A DNA stretch of 32,000 nucleotides from Kineococcus radiotolerans SRS30216 = ATCC BAA-149 (GTDB lineage: Bacteria > Actinomycetota > Actinomycetes > Actinomycetales > Kineococcaceae): contig NC_009664.2 of assembly GCF_000017305.1 (NCBI RefSeq), forward strand, positions 4,590,001 through 4,622,000, written 5' to 3'. Position 1 is the first letter of the stretch. The number at the start of each line of letters is the position of its first letter. Made by a program: the position numbers and the translations under genes. Under the pieces are notes generated by a model. The model did not search any database. It saw only the letters and a program-made list of their open reading frames with translations, and had not been told where the DNA came from. Positions 16,501-24,799 of the stretch are shown here, in pieces.

Positions 16501-17262
16501 TCAGGTGGGGAGGTTGACCCCGTCCCTCAGCAGGGCGACCCCGGCGACAGGATCACCAGAGACGTTCACGCTGACGCCGAAGACGTGATCCGCCGCGGTG
16601 GCGCGCCAGGCCATGCGAGTGTCACCAGGATCCATGTATTGGACTCCGAGCACGTTGCCGTTGCGCCACTGCAACGTGGTGAAGTCCGAACTGGAGGGCT
16701 CGCTGGTCGCCGAAGCGGTGGGCGGCTGGGCGATGTCCCCGCCGTAGAGGATCGTCATCCACACCAGTCCCTGGCTGCGGGCCTCATCGAAAGACGTGCC
16801 GTCGGCGTCCACGCCCGGAGGTAGGTAGGCGATGTTCACGCCGTGGACGTCGGCCGCCGGGTCCGCCGGCGGTGCAGGTGGGTTGGCCGCTGAGGGCACC
16901 GGGTGCTCGAAGATGCCGGCGCCTTCGGAGCTGCCGCAGGTGAGGGTGAAGCCGCGTTCCTGCAGCGTCGGGAAGCTGGGGATGGGGATGCCGAGGTGCT
17001 CGGCGACCTCATCGCACGCCAGGGCGCCGCCTACGAGGTCTTGGGTGGTGCTGAGTAGCCCCAGGGGGTTGCCGCGGCGGGCGTACTCCGGGTGGGTCAG
17101 CGCCGCGACGGCGTCCTCTTGAGCGGGCGTCAGGACCAGCGCGGGCTGCTCGCCCTCTTCGGGGGAGGTGGCGGTGGTCGGGGTGTTGCCGCAACTGCAG
17201 AGGGCGTACAGCACGAGGGTCAGGCCGGCGACCCGCCGTGCCGCTCGTGTTCTCCTGCTCAT
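16501..17262 (-). CDS. secreted protein / probable lipoprotein, hypothetical
   Basis: ATG at 17262 preceded by GAGGGGA. Signal-like MSRRTRAARRVAGLTLVLYALCSCGN. 253 aa. Confidence 0.75.
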   Translation of the reverse strand: MSRRTRAARRVAGLTLVLYALCSCGNTPTTATSPEEGEQPALVLTPAQEDAVAALTHPEYARRGNPLGLLSTTQDLVGGALACDEVAEHLGIPIPSFPTLQERGFTLTCGSSEGAGIFEHPVPSAANPPAPPADPAADVHGVNIAYLPPGVDADGTSFDEARSQGLVWMTILYGGDIAQPPTASATSEPSSSDFTTLQWRNGNVLGVQYMDPGDTRMAWRATAADHVFGVSVNVSGDPVAGVALLRDGVNLPT

Positions 17263-17366
17263 GCTGTCCCCTCACTGGTGATCGCGTCGCTGCTGGGACG
17301 CACCAGCAGTCTTGCCGCCATCACGGGCCGGTGTCTCACCGGAGGGGCGATGACCACGCGGACGGC

Positions 17367-17384
17367 GGGATGACCGGTAGATCG
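17367..17384 (+). repeat. GGGATGACC-core intergenic repeat
   Basis: CGGACGGC-GGGATGACCGGTAGATCG. Tandem partial copy GCGATGACCACGCGGACG at 17347-17364. Lies 12 nt from the stop at 17397. Confidence 0.85.
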
Positions 17385-17396
17385 ACATCGTCAGCT

Positions 17397-17801
17397 TCAG
17401 GGCTGCTGCCAGGGTGCGAGGTGGTGGGCATCACCTGGGGCGACAGCTAGCTCCACGCGCAAGCCGTCGGTGAAGACCACGGTCCACACCTGCGCCCAGG
17501 GGTCCAGCCAGACCAGCTCGCTTTTCTGCGGCTTGCGCGGTTCGGAGCTTTCGAGTCGGCCGCCGACCAGCACTGCGCCACGCCAACGCAGATCACCCTC
17601 GTCGCTGATGACCGCACCTGCCGCGCCACCCCACGCCTGGCTGAGCCCATGAGGTGACGGCCCCAGGGACCGGATGCTGGCGTCGAAGACGCCCTCGCCG
17701 TAGAGGCCGCGTTGGCCGCGGCGACGTAGTCGGGGGGCGAGCAAGCCGATGGCGGTGCCGAGGATCGCCATGGCGATGACTGTCCAGATCCAGTGGGGCA
17801 T
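17397..17801 (-). CDS. membrane-anchored hypothetical protein
   Basis: ATG at 17801 preceded by AGGAG. N-terminal TM MPHWIWTVIAMAILGTAIGLLA. 134 aa. Confidence 0.6.
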   Translation of the reverse strand: MPHWIWTVIAMAILGTAIGLLAPRLRRRGQRGLYGEGVFDASIRSLGPSPHGLSQAWGGAAGAVISDEGDLRWRGAVLVGGRLESSEPRKPQKSELVWLDPWAQVWTVVFTDGLRVELAVAPGDAHHLAPWQQP

Positions 17802-17885
17802 GGAGCTCCTGAGTGCGGCGATGGGAGGGGTCTCAGCTCCCAGGTTGCCAGCTCCGCCGAGGCACTGAGCGATCATCCGGAATTC

Positions 17886-17903
17886 GGCATGACCGCGACG
17901 TCG
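17886..17903 (+). repeat. GGGATGACC-core intergenic repeat (GGCATGACC variant)
   Basis: GGCATGACCGCGACGTCG. Partner arm GATCATCCG at 17871-17879. Confidence 0.85.
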
Positions 17904-17929
17904 CCGGTCGTGTACGACCGCCCGGATCG

Positions 17930-17947
17930 CGGTATGACCGTGCGTCG
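17930..17947 (+). repeat. GGGATGACC-core intergenic repeat (GGTATGACC variant)
   Basis: CCGGATCG-CGGTATGACCGTGCGTCG. Second copy in the same gap, 44 nt after the previous one. Confidence 0.8.
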
Positions 17948-17982
17948 CCCATCCCCTTATCCCGGCTGCCTACGCTGGGCCC

Positions 17983-18686
17983 GTGGCTGACCTGCAGATC
18001 GTCGTCCTGCTCTTCCCCCAGGTGACGCAGCTGGACTTCACCGGGCCGCGCAGGTCTTCGACCGCCTCCCCGGCGCCCAAGTGCATCTGGCCTGGCACGA
18101 GACCGCACCGGTGGTCACCGACTGCGGCTGGTCCATCGTGCCCACCACCACCTTGGCTGACTGCCCACCGGCGGACATCCTGTTCGTGCCCGGTGGGGAG
18201 GGCGCCTTCGACCTCTTCGGCGACGACGTCGCCCTGGGCTTCCTGCGCCGCCAGGCCGCCTCCGCGCGGTGGGTCACCTCGGTGTGCACCGGCTCCTTCG
18301 CCCTCGCCGCGGCGGGCCTGCTGACCGGCAAACGGGCCACCAGCCACTGGGCCTCGTTGCCGATGCTGGCGGAGTTCGGCGTCGTGCCGGTGGCTGAGCG
18401 CGTCGTGGTCGATGGTGCGGTGGTCACCGGTGCCAAGATCACCTCCGGCATCGACTTCGCGCTGCACCTGGCGGCGTTGGAGTGCGGTGAGGATCTGGCC
18501 CGGTGGGTGCAGCTGGCCTTGGAGTACGACCCCGCTCCGCCCTTCAACCATGGCTCCCCACGGACCGCTGATCCGGAGACGGTGCGTCGGGGGCGGAAGC
18601 GGGCCCGAGCCAGTCGTTTGCTGCGGGTGCAGCAGGCAGCTGGTCGCCTTGCCCAGGACGCGGGTCAACGCGGCGTCGCGCCGTGA
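17983..18686 (+). pseudogene. DJ-1/PfpI-family (GATase1-like) gene with a -1 frameshift near codon 22
   Basis: N-terminus VADLQIVVLLFPQVTQLDFTGP (frame of 17983) continues as AQVFDRLPGAQVHLAWHETAPVVTD... only in the frame of ORF 18081..18686. The junction is at 18046-18050 (GGGCCGCGCAG). Nucleophile-elbow-like VTSVCTGSFALAAAGLL. Confidence 0.8.
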
Positions 18687-18749
18687 GACGAGCGGTCGTC
18701 TTGGCTCGACTCCTGACAGGTGGGTGACGGCTGCGACGTTTTGGTCAGC

Positions 18750-18767
18750 GGGATGACCGGGCGTCTG
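18750..18767 (+). repeat. GGGATGACC-core intergenic repeat
   Basis: GGGATGACCGGGCGTCTG. Lies 63 nt after the stop of the + strand gene. Confidence 0.85.
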
Positions 18768-18922
18768 ACGGGTGGGCTTAGGCACGGTGACACTGGGAAT
18801 GCTGCTGCCCAGCGACGGCTTGTAGAGGGTGGTTGATCTGCTGCATGTCCCCGGGCCTCACCTTCAGCCGCTTCGAGCGGCCTTTCGCCGAGAGGCGACT
18901 GCCGGATCGACCATCGCGCCAC

Positions 18923-18950
18923 GGCCGCCGGGCTACTCAGCCCGGCGGCC
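18923..18950. terminator. perfect 12-bp stem hairpin between convergent genes
   Basis: GGCCGCCGGGCT-actc-AGCCCGGCGGCC. No U/T tract on either side, so at best an I-shaped or bidirectional terminator. Confidence 0.45.
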
Positions 18951-18988
18951 GTCGTGCGTCCTGAGTGGGTCAGTGCCGCGCTGAACGT

Positions 18989-19006
18989 GGGATGGCCGCG
19001 CAATCT
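18989..19006 (+). repeat. GGGATGACC-core intergenic repeat (GGGATGGCC variant)
   Basis: GGGATGGCCGCGCAATCT (compare GGGATGACCGCGCGTTCG at 2489). Lies 11 nt from the stop at 19018. Confidence 0.7.
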
Positions 19007-19017
19007 CCAAATCCGTG

Positions 19018-19767
19018 TCAGCTTTCGTCGACGTCGAAGCGGACAAGGACGACGTAGTCGTCGCTGGACAGGTGCGGGTAGTAGTTCCGCAAGCCGGGCA
19101 GCACGCTGGCCGCGTCGGCGAAGCCGTCCTCTCGCGCTTCCTCGTCGCTGATCTCGGCGACAGTCTTGGCGGTGGTGGAGGTGATCCTGCCCGCCAGGGT
19201 GACCTCGTCGTCGACGTCACCGGCGTTGAGGTCACCGGCGGTGTCGGTCCTGGCGGGCTCGAAGACCAGCAGGGCTGGACCGACCTGCACGGGATCGTCG
19301 AGGCGCAGGGTGGCGCGCTTGCTGCCGTCGCGGACCGCGGGTAGGTGGGAGGCGCGGAAACGCAGGCGTTGAACCTGCTGCGCCTGCCAGCGGTAGGTGT
19401 GTGGCAGCAGCTCCTCAGCTCCTACTACCTGGGGACGGTCAGGGGTGGGGACGACGACGGAGATGGTCGGGTAGTAGTCGGCCAGGACTTGCCGGTCTCG
19501 TCCGCACGGGGCGAGCACCCCGCGGCCCTCGTCGCCGACGGCGACGATGAGGCGGGGGGCTTGCGCGCCGGCGGTGCGGGCGGTGGCGAGGGCGACGAGC
19601 TCGGCGCAGGGGCCGCCGGTGAAGTGGTAGAGGTTCAGCCCGACGTGGATGCGGTCGTGCTCGTCGAGGACGGCGGCGGCGACGGTGTGGATGTTGCCGT
19701 CGCCGTGCTCGCGGGCGGCGTCGATGAGCGCAGGTACGGCGTCTGGGCCTACCGGGTCGGTGATCAC
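19018..19767 (-). CDS. cytidine-deaminase-like domain fused to an ASCH-like domain
   Basis: HFTGGPCAELVAL (CAE zinc/catalytic motif) and APCGRDRQVL (PCGxCRQ-like, second Cys replaced by Asp). C-terminal half ASCH-like (LPAVRDGSKRATLR...EEAREDGFADAASVLPGLRNYYP). GTG 19767 chosen as start. Confidence 0.7.
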   Translation of the reverse strand: MITDPVGPDAVPALIDAAREHGDGNIHTVAAAVLDEHDRIHVGLNLYHFTGGPCAELVALATARTAGAQAPRLIVAVGDEGRGVLAPCGRDRQVLADYYPTISVVVPTPDRPQVVGAEELLPHTYRWQAQQVQRLRFRASHLPAVRDGSKRATLRLDDPVQVGPALLVFEPARTDTAGDLNAGDVDDEVTLAGRITSTTAKTVAEISDEEAREDGFADAASVLPGLRNYYPHLSSDDYVVLVRFDVDES

Positions 19768-19840
19768 GGGGGCAGCGTAGGGGCGGGTCGCGCAGGTCGT
19801 GATGTTCCTTGCCAGGCGCCAGCGACAGCGCTCACAACGC

Positions 19841-19858
19841 GGGATGACCGTGAGGTCG
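19841..19858 (+). repeat. GGGATGACC-core intergenic repeat
   Basis: CTCACAACGC-GGGATGACCGTGAGGTCG. Degenerate copy CCGATGACCTTGCCTTAG at 19884-19901. Confidence 0.9.
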
Positions 19859-19963
19859 TGGCTACCGTGATCCCGCCGATCGCCCGATGACCTTGCCTTA
19901 GGTGAACCGCCACTGCTGATCCCTTGTGCGGGTTCTCTAGAGCGGGGACAAGTGGTGGTGGGC

Positions 19964-20359
19964 TCAGTCCACGCGGGTGTGCAGGTGCCAGCCGTGGGTG
20001 CGGCACTGCTGCACCAGGTCAGCAGCTTCCTGCAGCGCAGCGAGCTGCGGGGGGCTGTCGGCGGCCAAGGTCTGAGCATGCAGCAGGTCATGCGCCAGCT
20101 GATCGAGGTCCTCGGGGCGGTAGCGCCGGTCGTACCAGGGGTGGAACTGGGCAAGCTCTGCTAGTCCGGCGGCGTAGCGCTCATCCGGGGAGTGGCTTCG
20201 GATGAACTCTTCGAAGGCGTCTTGGGTGTCGGCGTTGTCGGCCTTGACCTGTCGGTCGGCATGCAGGCGGTGGGCGCGTCGCTCCGCACGGGTCAGGTCC
20301 TTCAGTGGACGGGTGTGCTGCTCCCACGCCTCGGTGGTGGCGACGAGCGTGATGGCCAT
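19964..20359 (-). CDS. hypothetical protein
   Basis: 131 aa, ATG at 20359 with GGAG upstream, predicted helical. No family recognised. Confidence 0.7.
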   Translation of the reverse strand: MAITLVATTEAWEQHTRPLKDLTRAERRAHRLHADRQVKADNADTQDAFEEFIRSHSPDERYAAGLAELAQFHPWYDRRYRPEDLDQLAHDLLHAQTLAADSPPQLAALQEAADLVQQCRTHGWHLHTRVD

Positions 20360-20471
20360 GGTCAGTGCTCCAGGTCCTCGAGGATCGCGTCAGGGGCTGA
20401 GGAGCCCACCACAGCACATCGTCGGCTGGCAGGTGATCGTTCCCGCCCCCGTCAGTGATCACGCGGATGGC

Positions 20472-20489
20472 GGGATGACCGTGAAGTCG
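20472..20489 (+). repeat. GGGATGACC-core intergenic repeat
   Basis: GGGATGACCGTGAAGTCG. Lies 17 nt from the stop at 20507. Confidence 0.9.
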
Positions 20490-20506
20490 GTCAAGCCGCT
20501 CGTCGT

Positions 20507-20941
20507 TCAGAGCTGCGGCAGGGTGTAGCGCGCGATCCGCTGCTGGCCCCACCCGAAGCGGCTCTCGGTGATCCAGTCCTCGAGGTGGCTGGCCAGGCGC
20601 TGTGCGCACTCCTGGGCGGTGAAGGGGGAGTGCTGCTCGCCGTCGGTATCGCCGCCGTGCCACGACGGTGAGCTCAACAGGTCTTGGAACGTCTCGCCGG
20701 CGGCGGTGATGGTGATCCAGACGTCGCCGGGGTCGCCGTCGATGCCCCAGTGGAGAGTGAGCTGCTGCAGCTCTTCCTCGCGCAGCAGCGAGGTCACGAC
20801 GGGCAGAGCCACGGTGTTCTTGAGGGTGTGCAGGTGCTCGTCGTCGGCGTCGGTGATGTCGCCCGGCCGGGCATGGATGGGTCCGCTGGAGGCGCCGAAG
20901 TGGAGAGTCAGCTTGCTTGAGTAGGCCGATTCTTCGTCCAT
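20507..20941 (-). CDS. hypothetical protein
   Basis: ATG at 20941, 144 aa, acidic, high GC3. Confidence 0.65.
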   Translation of the reverse strand: MDEESAYSSKLTLHFGASSGPIHARPGDITDADDEHLHTLKNTVALPVVTSLLREEELQQLTLHWGIDGDPGDVWITITAAGETFQDLLSSPSWHGGDTDGEQHSPFTAQECAQRLASHLEDWITESRFGWGQQRIARYTLPQL

Positions 20942-20980
20942 AGTCAGCACGCTATGGGGCTGGGACTTCGCACCCAAGGC

Positions 20981-20998
20981 GGGATGACCGTGAAGTCG
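20981..20998 (+). repeat. GGGATGACC-core intergenic repeat
   Basis: GGGATGACCGTGAAGTCG. Lies 11 nt from the stop at 21010 and 39 nt from the start at 20941. Confidence 0.9.
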
Positions 20999-21009
20999 AG
21001 GTGTTCGGG

Positions 21010-21633
21010 TCAGTAGTGCGGCAGCCCCTCTTCTGGGACGTCGTCAGCGCACGCCACCCGCTGTTGCTGAACGACGTAGGCCGCAGGCTCGACGTGCAGT
21101 TGCAAGCAGGTGCGGCCCCACTCGGAGCTGTTGACGAAGCTGGTGTCCTGGGAGAGCAGGTAGACGGCCAGGACGAAGGTGGCCTCCGCCGGCGGGGTCG
21201 CCCCACCGGCAGTCGGGACGTCGCTGCTGAGCACTCGCCACGACCCCCTGGACCGGCCCGTCCAGTACGTGGCCGGCGGGTCCTGCAGCCAGTCTTGGAT
21301 GTCGTTGACGCGGATGTCGTTGATGCGGATGTCATTGACGTCGTTGACGCGGAGGGGTGTTGCTGCTGCGCCGTCCGGATCGAGCTCTCCGGGGATGCGC
21401 CCGGTCTGGACGTAGCCCTGCACGTCGTCGACGACTTGCTGCGCGACGTCCTGGGCCAGTTCGTCGGCAGCGGACAGGGGTGGCGCGGCGGGCTCGTCGC
21501 GCACCGCGAAAGCAGCGCCCGCCAGGACCAGGGTCGCGACCGCGGACAGGGCGAGGCGAGCACGTAGTGCGGGCCGGGCGCGCAGCGGCGAGTGAGCAGT
21601 GATCTGCGGCCCGTCCACGCTGCGACTGGTCAT
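21010..21633 (-). CDS. secreted/membrane-anchored hypothetical protein with a short internal repeat
   Basis: ATG at 21633 (alternative 21711). Signal/TM segment LALSAVATLVLAGAAFAV. 15-bp coding tandem repeat at 21297-21350 giving VNDVNDIRINDIRVNDIQ. Confidence 0.6.
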   Translation of the reverse strand: MTSRSVDGPQITAHSPLRARPALRARLALSAVATLVLAGAAFAVRDEPAAPPLSAADELAQDVAQQVVDDVQGYVQTGRIPGELDPDGAAATPLRVNDVNDIRINDIRVNDIQDWLQDPPATYWTGRSRGSWRVLSSDVPTAGGATPPAEATFVLAVYLLSQDTSFVNSSEWGRTCLQLHVEPAAYVVQQQRVACADDVPEEGLPHY

Positions 21634-21859
21634 GGTCGCGGTACCTGAGTCGTGATCACCTGGCGAGTCTTCCAGGAGGGTGAGGTGCGTCGAGGCCTCT
21701 GCATGGACCATCCCCGAGACCACCACACCGTGCCGCGGGGGATGGAGGGCTTGAGCGGTGTGGAGGGCTCGGGCGGATGATCGCCCGGCTTTCATCTCGC
21801 GCCTGGACACCTGCGGATGGGTGAAGCCGTCAGCCGCCGACGGTAACGGCGCACACCGC

Positions 21860-21877
21860 GGGATGACCGTGAAGTGC
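21860..21877 (+). repeat. GGGATGACC-core intergenic repeat
   Basis: GCGCACACCGC-GGGATGACCGTGAAGTGC. Confidence 0.9.
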
Positions 21878-21953
21878 TGGGGTCTTTGGTCCAAGGGTGT
21901 AACGACCCAGGCAGATGACGGCGCCGGTGCGCTGGGTGTAGCACGATGCAGGC

Positions 21954-22244
21954 GTGACGTGGGTGATCTGGGTGTTGTTGGGAGGGGCCCTTTCTGTGCT
22001 GTCGGTGAGGGCTGATGCGAAGAGGTCGCCAGGCCGTCGCCTCTCCTGGTGGGGCCAGCGCCCGCGTGGGCGAGGCTGGTTCGCTGCCCTCGACTTCGGC
22101 GCTGTCTTCTGCGTCATCATGGCTGGTACCTCCGCAGCAGAGACCGCGACGCCGACATGGGTGGTGGCTGCTGCAGTCGGCGCCGCCATCCTGCTGCCCT
22201 ACCTAGCCGGAGTGGGCCTGCACAATCGCTCGTTGAGCCGCTGA
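21954..22244 (+). CDS. small membrane protein, hypothetical
   Basis: 96 aa, GTG start, three hydrophobic segments. Confidence 0.5.
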   Translation: MTWVIWVLLGGALSVLSVRADAKRSPGRRLSWWGQRPRGRGWFAALDFGAVFCVIMAGTSAAETATPTWVVAAAVGAAILLPYLAGVGLHNRSLSR

Positions 22245-22292
22245 CACCAGCATTGCTGGCCTGCGTGCCCTCAGCGCCTGCGCAAGGTCTGC

Positions 22293-22310
22293 GGGATGAC
22301 GGTGAGTACG
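22293..22310 (+). repeat. GGGATGACC-core intergenic repeat (GGGATGACG variant)
   Basis: GGGATGACGGTGAGTACG. Directly abuts the stop codon at 22311-22313. Confidence 0.8.
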
Positions 22311-23510
22311 TCAATGGACGGCGGGCCGGTAGGCCCTGGCTGTGGTGTCCACCTCGTCGTTGCCCAGTTCGGGGGCACCACTGATGGCGCCCAGGGCGAT
22401 GAGTACGTCATCGGCCCACACGACGGCGCCGGGACTGCTCCCGCCCTTGTCCGGGGGTGGGGGTAGTGACGTCCAGGTGCGGCTGCGGTCGTCGTAGAGC
22501 AGGCCCTGGGTGGCGATCAGGCCCTCTCCAGCGGCTTCCACCCACTACCCCGGGGCGAGATCGGCCGCTTCTTCAGCGCCTGGCAACGTCGACCAGGCAC
22601 CCCCGGGGAGGGTCAGGACCCCGGCAGCCGGTAGCTGCCTCCCGGCATAGGGCCCGACCGCCGGGGTGAAGCCGGCGAGGGGGATGGCGTCGATGACGCG
22701 GTTGCCGTGCAGGGTGAGTTGCCCCCCTTCCAGTTGCTGGTAGTTCGGTAGCCGCCGCCAGGTGCCGGCCTCGACGTCGAGCAGGGCAGCAGCCAGTGGT
22801 CGTGGGCCGATGTCGTCGCGGGAGTAGTCGGGGTCGATGGCGATGAGCAGGAAGCCGTGGGGGGTGTTGATGGCGCGTCGCCCTGCCCGGCCCAGCGGGT
22901 CGGTCGGCACCAGCGACCACTGCTGGGTGCGGGTGTTCCACTGGAAGTCGGGGATTTCCTCGAAGCCGGTGGCGGTGAGGATCAGGTGGTCCCCAGCGGC
23001 GTGGAGCCAGTTACCGGTGGACTCGGCGGGAAGGTCGTGCCGGGTCCAGGTGTCGGTGGTGGTGTCGAACTGCATGAGGCCTTGGGGGGCGAGGAAGTAG
23101 ACACTGCCGTCGATGGTGGGGGCACCGGAGCTGGCGTCGATGGAGGCGACGGGTGCTTCGGGCAGGGTGCGCCAGGTGCCGGTGGCGGGGTCGGTGCCAG
23201 GGGTGAAGGCGATGCCGTCGCGGTGGCGGACGTCCTCGGGGGTGGCGGTGAGGGAGTCGCCCCAGGTGTCACCGCTGTGGGGGATGGTGGGCGAGCCGCC
23301 CAGGAACACCGCTTCGGTGCCCGTCCACGCTGACAGCGCCCGTAGGCGGGCCGGGCCTGGTGCCGGCGGAAGGATGGACCATCCTTCGGGCAGGGTCGGC
23401 TCCAGGGATGGACCGGCTGCGGCCTGCCGACCCCTGGTGCAGGCGCTGGTGGCAGCCAGGAAGGCAACGGCAGTCGCAGACAACGCTGTCCGGCGTGTCA
23501 GTCGGTGCAT
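22311..23510 (-). pseudogene. Kelch/beta-propeller-like secreted (lipo)protein gene interrupted by an in-frame TAG
   Basis: ATG at 23510. Signal MHRLTRRTALSATAVAFLAATSAC. Recurrent blade-like motifs (TWRTLPEAP, TWTRHDLP, QWSLVPTDP, TWRRLPNY, AWSTLPGAE). TAG at 22545-22547, after which the same frame continues with another blade (RTWTSLPPPP...AVVWADDVLIALG) to the TGA at 22311. Confidence 0.75.
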
Positions 23511-23687
23511 GATGATCGCCCTCTTCTCGGTGTCCCCTCGATCGTGGCGCGGTGACGGGCTTGCTGTCGCGGTGGTTCCTGTCGGCGGCATCGGCGACGG
23601 GTGTGATCTTAGGTCGGTGACCTGTAGAACCCTCCGCAACCCAGCAGATGAGTGAAGCCGCCAGCCCCCAACGACAGCGCACGATGC

Positions 23688-23705
23688 GGGATGACCGTGA
23701 GGTTG
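23688..23705 (+). repeat. GGGATGACC-core intergenic repeat
   Basis: GGGATGACCGTGAGGTTG. Lies 50 nt from the stop at 23756. Confidence 0.9.
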
Positions 23706-23755
23706 TGGAGCTGTCCCAATCGCGCCCGGATCGCGCACGTTTCGCACCTGCAGGC

Positions 23756-24799
23756 TTACGGAACCTCGAACTGGCCGATGACCGTACTGCCGTCGGAGGC
23801 GTAGACCGGGATGTCGTGGGGAGTGGCTGGGTGGTTCTGCGCCCAGGTGGCCGCCTCTTCAGGTGAGGTGGGCGTCGGCTGGCCCGCTTGGAGATCACGG
23901 GCGTAGACGTAGCCCTGCTCGCCGGTGCTGGTCTGAGCCGCCACAGCGATCAGGTCGGGATCGCCGCTGCCGTCGGTCTTGCTGACGCCGTAGGTGTCGC
24001 CGTTGGCGTTGGTGGCCCAGTCGGTGGGGGTGTGGGTGGAGTAGGCGGTGGTCAGGGCCCACCGGGTTCCGGCGGTGGCGGTGATGGTGGTACTGGTCTG
24101 CCCCGTCGTCAAGGGCAGGGTGTAGCCGGCGCTGCCGCGGTGCGGCAGCGCGAGACCGGGAGTGGGAGTCGCCGCGTTGGACGCGACATCTTCCGCAGCG
24201 ACATTTTCGACTGCGACGTCCTCCGCGACGACGTCCTCGGGTGCGCAGGTCAGACCGGCGCCGTCGTCGAAGGTGAGGCTGCCGACGCTTAGGCAGGTCA
24301 GGGTCAGCTCGACGCTGGTGACCCCCGATGGGCGCTCGCCGAGGTCGATGGTGGTGGTACCGGTGTGCACGACCGTGCTGGCCGGGGTGCGCAGGACGAC
24401 CTGGTCGGCTCCTGGCAAGGGGAGAACCCCGGAGGCGACCGCGGCCCCACCGCCGGCGAGGCCGACGGCCAGGACGGCGCTGAGGGTGAGGGTGCGACGG
24501 CGAGACCAGCGGCCCCAAGGACCATTGCCCCGGCGGTGCTCGGTCACGGTGGTGGCGACGGTGCGCTGCAGCTCCCTGCGCAGCGCCGCGCGGAAGACCG
24601 GGTCCGGAGGAGTGGAGCTTGTCGCGGTGAGACGGTCCCGTAGCCGCACGTCGAACGCAGCGTCGTCGCTGGCGTCGTGGCTGGCGTCGTGGCTGGCATC
24701 GCAGCTGGCGTCGTTAGCGCTGTAGCTGGCATCGAAGGACTGGCCATCGGCCGGGGAGGGGCTGCCGGTGGTGCGGGGGGTGCGCGGCTGATCGCTCAT
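23756..24799 (-). CDS. single-pass membrane protein, putative anti-sigma partner
   Basis: The ATG at 24799 overlaps the sigma stop (ATGA). TM segment LTLSAVLAVGLAGGGAAVA. 12-bp coding repeat at 24668-24715 (DASHDASHDAS). Confidence 0.75.
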   Translation of the reverse strand: MSDQPRTPRTTGSPSPADGQSFDASYSANDASCDASHDASHDASDDAAFDVRLRDRLTATSSTPPDPVFRAALRRELQRTVATTVTEHRRGNGPWGRWSRRRTLTLSAVLAVGLAGGGAAVASGVLPLPGADQVVLRTPASTVVHTGTTTIDLGERPSGVTSVELTLTCLSVGSLTFDDGAGLTCAPEDVVAEDVAVENVAAEDVASNAATPTPGLALPHRGSAGYTLPLTTGQTSTTITATAGTRWALTTAYSTHTPTDWATNANGDTYGVSKTDGSGDPDLIAVAAQTSTGEQGYVYARDLQAGQPTPTSPEEAATWAQNHPATPHDIPVYASDGSTVIGQFEVP

